Shown: positions 34,297 to 44,946 of the stretch, piece after piece | Layout of the letters: each line of letters opens with the position of its first letter | Numbering within the stretch: the stretch's first letter is position 1 | Assembly: GCA_943704425.1 (NCBI GenBank) | Contig: CALSCP010002306.1 | Span: forward strand, 1-44,946 | DNA length: 44,946 bases | Reading direction: 5' to 3' | From: Ministeria vibrans ATCC 50519 | Lineage: Eukaryota; Protista; Filasterea | Notes under the pieces: model-generated | The model's input: the letters and a program-made list of their open reading frames with translations, nothing else | The model's database searches: none | Told to the model about the DNA's origin: nothing | Made by a program: the position numbers and the translations under genes

Positions 34297-35016
34297 ATGC
34301 CGCTTGAAGATGAATTTGAACGACTGATCGGCGATCGGCGAAGTGAAAAGGAGCGCATTGTGCCGCTTCGACGATTCCGGGAAAAGTGCGTTGCTCAGCG
34401 ACGCCGGGACGCCTTCATGACGCGTGTGTATCTTCACTCCTTGGATGTGTGTCTTCGATCGGAAAACTTTGTCGAAATGCTGCTGTGTGTGGCGCCGCTG
34501 GCTCAGGGTGATTTTGAAATGGACGACGAGACAGGCGCCGAGTGCGCCGCGCTGTTCCTCCTCTACTACGTCTGCTATGTCGGCTTCCAAGGCACACCCT
34601 CGTACTGGACAATGCCTATGGCGGACGTAGCACCCTTTCTGTCGACGCTTGCCAACGAGACGGGCGCACAGCGTCTGAGTCATGAGCGCGTTCGCTTTGC
34701 CCTCAGCATTACCACCGCACTGCAAGAGGCAAACCACTCGCGATTTTTCGCTCTCTTATCGAGTTCGACACGACGCGAGCATGTTCTTTTGAAGTACGCT
34801 ACAGCACACGTTCAGTCACGGGCGCTCTCTGTTCTCTCTCTTGCGTACCTTGTGTTTCCTCTCCGCGCACTGCAGGAGCGACTCAGGATACACTCTGTTG
34901 ACGAATCTGACGGTTCGCTTCAGCGACGTCTCTTAGAATTGTTGCCCAATGCTAACCATTTCTGGATTTCGACCGACGGATCGCAGATCAATTTTCGAGC
35001 GAAAAAGAAAACGTAA
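34297..35016 (+). CDS. SAC3/GANP/THP3-like (PCI-fold) protein, intronless
   Basis: LRRFRE...RDAFMTRVY, RVRFALSITTALQEANHSRFFALL and VQSRALSVLSLAY resemble the SAC3/THP3/CSN8-type helical repeats. ATG at 34297. Confidence 0.6.
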   Translation: MPLEDEFERLIGDRRSEKERIVPLRRFREKCVAQRRRDAFMTRVYLHSLDVCLRSENFVEMLLCVAPLAQGDFEMDDETGAECAALFLLYYVCYVGFQGTPSYWTMPMADVAPFLSTLANETGAQRLSHERVRFALSITTALQEANHSRFFALLSSSTRREHVLLKYATAHVQSRALSVLSLAYLVFPLRALQERLRIHSVDESDGSLQRRLLELLPNANHFWISTDGSQINFRAKKKT

Positions 35017-35272
35017 ACAAAAGTTATTATTTTTGGAGTAAAACGAAACTATATTATTACCTACTACGAAGCGAAGTCGTAACTCTCATAAGCACTTTTT
35101 ATCATTATGTGAATTTATTTATGTCTCTACTCAAATTGATCTCGAGTTCGTATCGACATGTTGAATTGAATTTTGTGAAAAGTGATACGGATGTGAATAA
35201 CCTGATTATCTTTTCTGTTTTGAGTTTTCAAAATATTTTCAATCATTTTTTTCTTCAATTAACTCACTTACG

Positions 35273-37243
35273 ATGGAGGTTCGCTGGCTCTTGGCGACCC
35301 TCGTGTTGGCACTGCTGGCCACAGCAGTAGCCTCACCGCCACCTATTTCCAACGGTGGTGGCCAGGCGACGCAGTCGGTCGGTCGAAGACGAGGTTCGTT
35401 CATCCCCTACTCCCTCCCTCCCCGCACGTCCAAGCGCACGCCTCTCCTCAATTATTAGCCACAGTCTTGTCCCTTTGGCTGCTTTTCCATTCTCTGCGAC
35501 CCCCTTGATTTCCTTTTTGGGGCGGTGCGTTTTTTTTTTGCTTCCCCCAAGAATCTCGTGCACCTCTCCCAGGCGCATCCCTTCGATCTTGCTCGATTCA
35601 ACAGGCCCTTTGGTAGCCTGGCCACCTCTCAGTGCACCGAGGGAGGTGCCAGCACGTTCAGCGATCTGTCGTTCGCCACGAGCGCACAGACACGTTTTCC
35701 CTTCAGCCCTTACGTCTGTGTGGCTGTCGTGTGTGTGTTGGCGTTTTTGGACTCAACACCCTTCTCACGCCTTCTGGGCTTGCCTTGTCTCTGAAAATCC
35801 CCTTCAATATGCTTTGTATGCCCTCTGAAGCGTGTAGTTCTCTTTGCATCGCATCCCATCGCCTCTCTTGGCGAATCCTGTCTGGTCGATCCAAAAATCA
35901 CGACAAAATTTCACGTTTCGCTCACTTTCTGCCCTCGTTCGTCCTCTCTAGCTCAACCCTCTGCCAGCGTATCGAGTGCCAGCTTATCGTCCAAGCCATT
36001 CAAGGCTTCACGAAGGGTAAGGCAGTCTCTATGACTGACATATTGTTGAGATCTTGCTTTTTTTTTTTTCCCGAAAATGTGACGAGCAAACCTCTGTCGC
36101 CTCTGGCCTTCCTGGCCCCTCTGATCACTCGCACGCGCACGCACGGCGTACCATTGTGTACATATTCCATCCTGTCTTCGTTTGAAACGGGTGTCTTCAA
36201 CCCCACACGCGAATGACGGAAGTTCGGCCTTTGCCTCAGTCATCGCATTTTTGTCTTTTGTCCCTTGATGATTATCAAAACGCAATCGAAAAAGTTTGCA
36301 AGCACTGCTAAGCGGCGTCTAACTTTGTTACACTTACCAAGGCCTCCCTCACAGAGGAAATTGGCATTTATTCGCATCGCAAAGAGCTCGTGTGTGTGTG
36401 TGTGTTCTTGTTTGCTTTGTAACACCTTGAAATCGGCGCATTTGTTTGTTGCAGAACTCCAAGGCGAAAAAGAAGCGATCGACCGACGAGAAGGCCCTTG
36501 ACTTGCTCAAAGACGCTACTTTTCCCGTAAGTACTTCTTCTTTCGTGATTGACATTGTACACTCGATATCCCACTGTATTCAATCTTAATTTTTTTATAT
36601 ACCTCAGTCGGAAGAATCTGTCGATCAAATACACGTAGCGTTGACTCCTTCAGCACGACTAGCCTTTGGCGAAGTTGCCACGGGCGTTGTACGACCCTTG
36701 ATGCTCTCCGTCACCAACACGGCGCAGTCTGCAACATCGGCCTCCTCTTCCTCCTCCTCGTCGTCTGACGCTTTAGAAGTGCGTTCGTTTGACATTGAGA
36801 GCGATCACTTGTAAGCCTTTTTATTTTCTCTGTTTTTGTCTTGTACCTTTGCTTTGTACGTTTGCTTTGTTATTTGCTCCGTACATTTGATCAGAAGTAG
36901 AAAAAACGAAGAAAAAAGAATTATTATTATTATTAAAAATGTAATTATTTTTGTTCAATTTTTTAGTCACATTCCTGCATTCAGTCCGCGCTCACTTCAA
37001 CCTGGCGAAAGCCTTTCGGTCGACATCGCCTATCTTCCGATCAACACAGGTCTTGCACTGGGCGAACTCTTTGTCTCCACCTCACGAGGTCGTATCGAGT
37101 ATGTTCTTGAAGGGTACGAACGCAAAATTATCAATCATAATAATAATTATTATTATTATTATTATTATTATTAGAATTATTATTATTTTATTATTATTAT
37201 TATTATATTATTTTATTATTTTAATTATTCATAATAATTATTA

Positions 37244-37288
<45 letters not shown>

Positions 37289-40200
37289 AATATTATATTT
37301 GCTGTTTTGAAAATCTTAATTTCATTGTTTATATTGTCTGCTTACAGCCATGGCGTTGAGAGTGCCTTTGAGTTTGACTCAATTGTCGATTACCGCGTGC
37401 CAGTGGGCGTTAGTCTAACGTATCCAATTTATATGCGCAATCCGCACGTCGGACAGGCCATTGCCATTGCCGAAATGTACACAAGTGGCTCGCCTTTTCA
37501 GCTCGAATTACCCCCAGCACTTGACTCGCCCGTACCCTCCGCCACCCAAACCGACAAGCACGACACACTCTCACTGATGGGCAGTCGTGCTCAGTGGGAG
37601 CTCTCTCCTTTGGAACGTCGCGAAATGATGCGTGTTCGTGTCGACAGTCGCATGTCTCCCGGCGAGCACCATGGCTTTGTACACATCATTCTCAACACCA
37701 CCGAAGCGTACACACTCCCTGTCGACATTCATGTCATCAAATGTAATTCAAAATAGAAAAACGAAGAAGAAACGTTCTCACACCTTTTTATTTTTCTCTT
37801 TTTATTTTTCTTCTTTAATATAGCTGGCGTCATTGCTGGTACGTCATTGTTGGATTTTGGGACGTTGACGAACGGTGAGGAGAGTGTCACATTGGATGTG
37901 GTGCTGGTGAACACGGGCCCGTCACCAGTGAAAATTCTCAATGTGACGGCGTTGCTCGAGCCGGAACAGGAGTCAGACATTGTCTCGGTGCACATGGGTC
38001 GTGGTGGTCGTAGTGTGGTTCTTATGCCTGCGACCATGCGCGGTGGCGATGGTATTGTTGCTATCGAACGCAACCCGGTTTCTTCCACCATGCCATATCG
38101 TCTGCCCTCGTGGGTTCGCTCTCGACGCGTCGCACGCATCACATTTCGTGGCGCTCGCCAAGGCACCTTTCGTGGCTCGCTCATTGTGCACACCAACGAG
38201 ACAGTGTCCATGCAACACTCTCAGCGGCAGAAGACAACTGGTAGCGGTAGTGCAGGGGGCGGTTCCTCCACTGTGCCCACCGGCAGCTCCAGCAGCAATG
38301 TAAACCTTGCGTCGACTGGTAGTTTGCGTATCCCTTTTCGCGCCACAGTCCTTCATGGCCAGGTAACCACTTCGTCGGTGAACACCACCCTGGTGGTACA
38401 GCCTACCATCAACGAAGCGCGCCAAATCTCTCTGTCCAGCTCCATGTCAACACAGGCGACCGCACGCGTTTATCCACCCGAAACCATTTGTCCACGCTCT
38501 CGTCGCTCCCGTCGTGTCTGGCTACACAACCACTTTGACCGTCCCGTCGCCATTGTGAGCGCTCATCTTCAGTCCAACAACGCAACCACACCGGGTTTGT
38601 TCACCGCCCAAAGCTTCACACCCGTTGTCGTGCCCGCCAACCAGACCAAGTCGGTGGCGACCCTCACGGTTGACTGTGCTCTCGCAAGTCAGTCAGACCG
38701 CGAGCGTACACTCCTCGCTCGCTCCAGCACCCTTGTATTTCAGACCAACGTCACCGACGTGCACGTTCCCGTGGCCACCGTCTTTGGATTGCTCTCGCTG
38801 TCCCTTTCGCGCCCCGCTAACAAGTCGGCGTCCGCCGCCGCGTCTTCGGTCGCCGCCGACCAAACGACAACTACGAGCAGCTCACAGCCAAAACCACTGC
38901 ACGAAGAATTGCACAAAAAATTCCAAAAGATCCTACCCCAAGAGTCGCTTCCCGTCGCTCAAGCACTCCTAAACTCATTGCCGACACTCGACTTTGGCTG
39001 CATCGTTGCCGGCGAACATCGCACCCGCGCCTTCAACTTGTCCAACACCAACCCTATTGCCGTGCCCATCACGCGCATGCGCGTGCTCGCCACATCCACC
39101 AAAGTACGCGTCATGCTTCACCGTGTCTACCAGGCGGACGGTACGGGCCTCGAGGGCCATCTTGTGGTCAACCCTCAAGCAATTGTCCGCGACGATATCG
39201 CCGCCGCAAATGCTAACAGTGCGGCGTTCACACCCGCATCGTCAGCGTCAGCACCGACCCCAACGGGATCCAAGTCGAAGCATATTCCTTCGACGTTGCC
39301 CCGCGAACTCTTTGGACCCGATGGAGTGCCACTTGTCTATGCACTAGAGGATCGGGCACGCAACGTTGTCTCTCGCGATCTCGGTGGCATGGCCGCGACC
39401 AACAGCGCACTTCTTGTGCTCGGTCCTGGTCATACAGCGCATCTGTTACTCGAGGTCGAGTCGAGTGCCTCGGAAAAGTCCATTGAAGGCTTCGTCGAGG
39501 TGGAGACACCTCTAGAGACCATTTTTGTGCCCTTTTATGCCAAGGGGACGGTCGGACGTGCCGTCGCCTCGCCTCGCGAGATCGATTTTGGCAATGTTGT
39601 TCCGTTTCGGCTCTATCAGCACCCTATCAACGTCACCACCACCATTGCCGAGCACATTTCCATCACACAACGGCGTTCGTCGCACCCAAGCTTCCTCTCG
39701 TGGGATCCCCACATGCAAACCGTGCCCTTGTCGCCGCCCATCAAGGCTGCGCTCGAGCCCGACCAGTTGCGCAAACAGTTGCAAAACGAGAAGCTCGGTC
39801 TTGAGGAAGCACTCTTGCGTGCCGTCACTCCCGTCCCCTTTGGTACGGTCGATCTGATGTATCAGAGCCGCTCTTCCATGCCCCTGGCCGTTGCCAGAGT
39901 TCCCTTCAACTCAACCTTTGATGTGCTCACCATGTCCAATGCGTCACTTGCCTCTGCCCAGCTCTTCGAGGAGCTTGCCGAGTTGCAGCGGGTGCATCGT
40001 GTCAATGTAGCCATGGTGGAGACTGGTTCGCATCTTATCGAGGGAGTCGTCGAGCTTCAGACGGACGTCGTTTCTCATGTGCGTGTACGTGTTCGTGCGA
40101 ACCTCGTACCTTTGTCGTTGCTTGACTTGCCCAGTCAGGCTCAGGCAGACTCGGACGAAATGATGGCGGTGGGCACTGTCGAATCCGACATGGTGGACGA

Positions 40201-43200
40201 TGACACGGACGAGGACGAGCTGAAAATGTCCTTGTTGAAACGTGCCGCGGCTTCTCTGTGGCTTGCAGCGCCAATTGTGGTCGACGCGGGTGTCGTTCGC
40301 GTGAGCCAGTCCTCGACAGTACATGTGCCAGTCACGAATCCCACCTCCTTCCCGCTTCATGTCAAACTTGTGAGCGCCACCGACCTGTTGCGCGTCTGTC
40401 CCAATTGTTCTAAGGAACTGTACAATACGTTTGTGAACGAGTCACGTGCTGTGCGCAACGAGTCCTACCGTCGCGTGGCCAACGAAAGTCCTTTCACGGT
40501 GAACACCGCTGCCGCAGCCCACGACGTGCGTGACAAAACGCCTGGCTATGTGACGCTCGAGCCTAACGCCTCCCACACGTTTGTGGTCACATTCCGGCCC
40601 ACCTCGGGTGGGGTCGCTCGTGAAATGCTGCTCGTGCGCAACAATGCGACGCTCTGGCAGCCGCTGGTGGTGCAAGGGACGGGCGAGAGCGGCGAACTTG
40701 CTTTTATCGGCGCGGACGGTGCTCGCATTGACGACGCTCTCTTTGCATTCCAGGCGTCTCATTTATCAGGCTGTGAGCGACTCGCTAGCACCGGCGATGT
40801 ACAGACTGCCTCGACAGCCTTTATACAGCGTCAGACGCTGGTCGTGACAAACAAGGGCAACCTCGAAGTCCAGGCAACAGGTGTGCTCCTTGGCGGTGTC
40901 GACGCATGTGCCACAAAAGAACAAGAACACGTGCAAACCCTACGGGAGCCACAGGGTGATCGACGTTCCCCGTCGGTCAGCAGCACGACGCCATCGACTC
41001 TGTCACATGCTGTGTTTTTCGTGGACAGCGCGGACCTGTGCGAGAGCTGGTCACTTGGGCCGGGTGAATCGCGCACGTTCCACGTCACGTTCCGCCCCGA
41101 CTTCTCAGCGGCCCACATTGAAAGGTCACTCACCATTGTGACTGCTCGTGAAGGACCTCTCGTCACTATTGCGCTGCACGGCACCATTCCCACTGAGATG
41201 GTTGACGTGTGTGCTCGTGCGCTGCGTCCCACCCTCAGCTTCGCTCTGTCGTCGCTCGCACTGCTCACCTCCACACCCGTTCTGTCGTTGTTGCTCGTTG
41301 CCGTACTCGTTGGCTATGTGGTGCACACGAGCGGGAAAGCGCAGGGCTTGGGTGGCCAGGGGACCTCGAAACCGTTCATTGCCACCTCAGCGATGACGAC
41401 AACGAGCGCCCCCACAGTCTCGGGTACAACAACGTCGGACACAGCGACGAGCAAGGGTGACGCGGAGAAAGACCCAGTGGTAGAATCGACGGGACAGACA
41501 CTGTCGGCTCACCGCGAAGATCCCGAAGGGCGCAGCAATGTTGAGGATTCCATTGTGGACGATTCTTGTGTCGACAACGCCATCAAAGACACCAACAGTA
41601 GCAACGCGCTCAATCGCAAGGCAAAGAAGAACGCTCGTCTCCCGTCAGCTGCAATTCCCGCTGCGTCGATTGTGTCGATTGTGGCGCTCCAGGCAGTTGA
41701 GAAACAGCGAGTTGCACCATCGGAGGAGGAGGTGGTAGTGGTGTCGACCGTGTCAGAACCTGCCCGATCCCCTTTGTCGCCAACCCCGTCGAGGCGACGC
41801 AAAAAGAAGGGAGGTGTCGCCACCAATGGAGCGAGTTTGGGCACGACGTCTCCGCCGTCACCCGCCGCTGATGCTGCATCATCTGTGGAGGTAGCAGCAG
41901 TGTCAGCGTTGGCAACGTCGACGGTAACAGCAGCAGCAGCAGCAGCAGCAACAACAACAACAACAACAACGGCCAAGACAGCAGGCGCTGGGATCAGGTC
42001 TGCAGAACGCGACGCGAACGTTACCGCCGTGCTGTCGTCAGAAAATGTGTCGTCGACCGACTCTGGTTTGACTTCGAGTGACGCCTGTACAACTTCTACT
42101 GCAACGGAGCGTGTGCCGGAACGTGCGTCTGGTGGACGAGGTAACTCGTCTGTTGACGATGAATTTGACACGGTCAAGTTGCCCCGTCGTGTCGCGCGCC
42201 GTGCAGCACCGCCTACCTCGACGACGACCTCACCGACAAAGAAGAATTCGACAAAGACGCCCAGTCCGACTCAGACACCATCGCCCAAGAAAGGAGGCGC
42301 CGCCCAGTCAAGCACCTCGACCAAGACTGCGTCAGCGATGCGACCTCCAACTGTTTCAGCCGCTGCGCTGCCTACTGCAGGCACCACTCGTCGAGCGCCT
42401 TTGCTGACGACTGCATCGCCTCCACCAGGTCTGTCTGTGACGAATACTCTTCCGCGAGCGACGTTGTCCAGTGGCAAAGCAGCGACAGCAAGCAAGCAGC
42501 AACCGCAACCCGAGGACAAATCGTCCAAGCCCTTGACGTCCCCGACCTCGCGACCTCTGCCCGACATGGACATGTTGCGCATGACGCGCGAGACGGTGGG
42601 TGCCTCGTCATCTACCATCTCGTCTGCTTCGTCGACCTCAAGCTCAATGACGTCGTCACCGAGTGCGCCTGCTCGTCGTCACCATCTGGCGCTTGAGACG
42701 GAGGCAGAGCGCAAACCAGTGACGGAGATTGAAGAGGTGGCGACCGCCGTTGCCGCTTCGCTCAATGTCAACGCGACTGAGTTTGTGCCCACCGCACTAC
42801 CAAGTGTCTCGCCCTACTCGCCTCCGTCTCCTATTCGTCGAGCCGGTGCGAAAGCGAGCAGTGGTACTGCTGGCGCTGCCACCTCCGTTGATGTCACGTC
42901 GCTTCCGCCTCCCATTGGTAGTCAGCTAATATTGTCACGTGTCGGTGTGCCTGATGGTCTCTCCTCGGCTGTCGGCTCAAGTGGCTCAGTAGCCGTGTCA
43001 CCGCCATCATCGTCGTCCTCACCATCAGCCGTGGTTGCCCTTCCACCTCTGACTACGCCCTCGGGCGGCTACAGTCCGTGGAGTTCGTCTTCCACCGAAC
43101 CGCCGTACACAAGCTCGTTCTTCTCGTTTGGTGCCTTCAAGAATACGGACCCGCTGCCATCTCTAGAAGAAATGTCCCCTTTGTCGTCACCGCCTACCGA

Positions 43201-43309
43201 GGACGAGGCGCGAGTCTACAATCCGTGGGAGGTGAAGCAATTTGGCCGGATTCTGCGTGATCTTGATCTTGAGAGTCCTTCGTCGTCGCCACCGCCGCCG
43301 CCCCTCTAA
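35273..43309 (+). CDS. TMEM131: TMEM131-like protein (PapD/ASH-like Ig repeats, TM helix, long disordered tail)
   Basis: Signal MEVRWLLATLVLALLATAVA. Motifs: LQPGESLSVDIAYLP...FVSTSRG...GVES...RVPVG...IYMRNPH...EMYTSG; repeated LDFG motifs; TNPTSFPLHV; LLVRNNAT; NKGNL; FRPDFS; TM segment; C-terminal YNPW. Some early exons are not fully resolved. Confidence 0.88.
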
Positions 43310-43575
43310 TATGTTCCCCTTTTGTGTATTCGACATGTTATTGTGTTGTACAATTAATGAAGCACAGTAATATCGAAATCAAGTGTTCAAGTCAAATGCT
43401 ACCATGTATGCCGCCTGTTGATTACGGCGAATAAGCGCGGTTGTAGGACTCGCTTCCGCATTTCTTTGCGTCAGTTGTTCCCCCCGCTACCTAACACGAA
43501 CCTAACGCGAACCTAAGACACAAATAATTAAAAATAGAATATTATTTATTTTGATTATACTTTTTATTCACTCTC

Positions 43576-44765
43576 ATGACAAACCGCGTGACTGTCGAAG
43601 AGGAACTTCTGGGTGTCCGTGTTTTGCTGGGGCGAAACCTTGCAGCGGCGCCTGGAGACGAGATCTCGGTTGTGACGCTTCTCGACGAAAACGAACGATG
43701 CCGAACGAGCGCACCGTCGATCGACAAGGCGTCCGGCGAAGTGGTGTGGCGCACCGACTCGGCTGCGACCTCGGGAGGTATGGGGGTGGTGCATCTCGAT
43801 GCGATCGCGGATGGAGATGGGCCGGGAGGGAGAGAGTGAGTGAGAGAGAGAGAGACAGACAGACGGACAGAGAGAGAGAGAAAAAAAAAAAAGTTGCACC
43901 CTCCGGAATGTGGCTTAAGCGCGAACGGAGGGCGCTCGGAATGGCGCCATCGTGGTTTATATGAACCGTGTGTGTGTGTGCTGTGGCGCTCAGTGGCTGT
44001 AGAGGCGTGTTGGGCGTGTCTGGCGTGCGTGCAAAAAGGACGCCGACGCCCCTTCCCCAACCGCCACAGCCGCGTGCAGGGCTCGTTTTGCAGTCCAACG
44101 CGCGCTATCGCAGTGAATATGGCAGCATGGCCACATGCACGTGCACACTGGAGCAGTGGCGCGCCTGCATCATCCTCAACGAGCGTTTGTTGTGGTCTCG
44201 ACTTTGTTTCGTCACCGCAAGCACTCCTTTGCGATTGGATTCCCACCTTCCATTGGCGTTGTCCACTATGTTTTTGTTGCAGCCGATCGATTTGCGTCCT
44301 CTTTTTGACGCAACACTCTAAATTCCGTCGGAACACGAAAACTCACCGGTTTTTTTTTGTTTTATTTTAATATTTTTTTAGTGAATCAGTTTGAATACAA
44401 AATTGTGCTGTTTAACCAGACTACACTGCAGCGCATCGGACAGGTATGCGCGTGCACATGGGACGCACTGTTTGGGCCATCGTGTTGATTCTGTTTCTTT
44501 TCTTAGGTGTCTCTTGGCAAAAACTACTTTGAAGGTCCTCGCGACAAAAACCGCGATCATTGGCTTGTGATCGAACCACCAAATGGAGGTACTATTCTTG
44601 ACCAATTTTTGTTTCTTCAACGCTAATAATTCTATTTTTGATTAGATCCCGTTGGAGCACCGTCGCGCGTACAGCTCAGCGTTACTCTTGACCCGTCCGG
44701 CAACTCGCTATCTGTCACGGTCGTCGAGTTGGAGCTGTTCAACTCTCATGACATTGGCAAGAAGG
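43576..44765 (+). CDS. Tandem C2-domain protein (GAP1/RASA- or synaptotagmin-like N-terminus), partial; runs out of the window
   Basis: VRVLLGRNL...VVTLLDENERCRT...VW, then spliced exons NQFEYKIVLFNQTTLQRIGQ|VSLGKNYF...DHWL and RVQLSVTLDPSGNSLSVTVVE, which looks like the start of a second C2. Confidence 0.55.
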
Positions 44766-44837
44766 GTACGTCAGCGGAATCATCACACTCACCCACACCA
44801 CAAAGAGCACATGCACTACAAAGACACCAAACTATCA

Positions 44838-44946
<109 letters not shown>

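Overview
Gene-dense, intron-rich genomic DNA from a unicellular eukaryote. It has short GT-AG introns, microsatellites and two N-gaps. It is probably an amorphean protist rather than an animal, because it carries a P3A H+-ATPase alongside animal-like genes (inference). I reconstructed about 13 loci by hand: a TMCO6/importin-alpha-like ARM protein (-), selenoprotein S with an in-frame UGA and a 3'-UTR SECIS (+), RPL13 (-), a plasma-membrane H+-ATPase (+), a PAN-domain GH3 glycosidase with an apparent frameshift (-), an MRH-domain type I membrane protein (-), an adhesion GPCR with an L-domain/LRR ectodomain (+), cathepsin H (+), an ALDH1/2-like dehydrogenase (-), a Groucho/TLE Q-domain protein with no WD40 sitting directly behind the first two exons of CTP synthase (-), a SAC3/THP3-like PCI protein (+), TMEM131 (+) and the start of a tandem-C2 protein (+). 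The most notable items are the Sec recoding unit (missed by the ORF track), the CTPS/Groucho junction (real fusion or misassembly), the WD40-less Groucho, the adhesion GPCR architecture and a PAM2 motif in the TMEM131 tail. All family calls come from motif recognition; no database searches were run.
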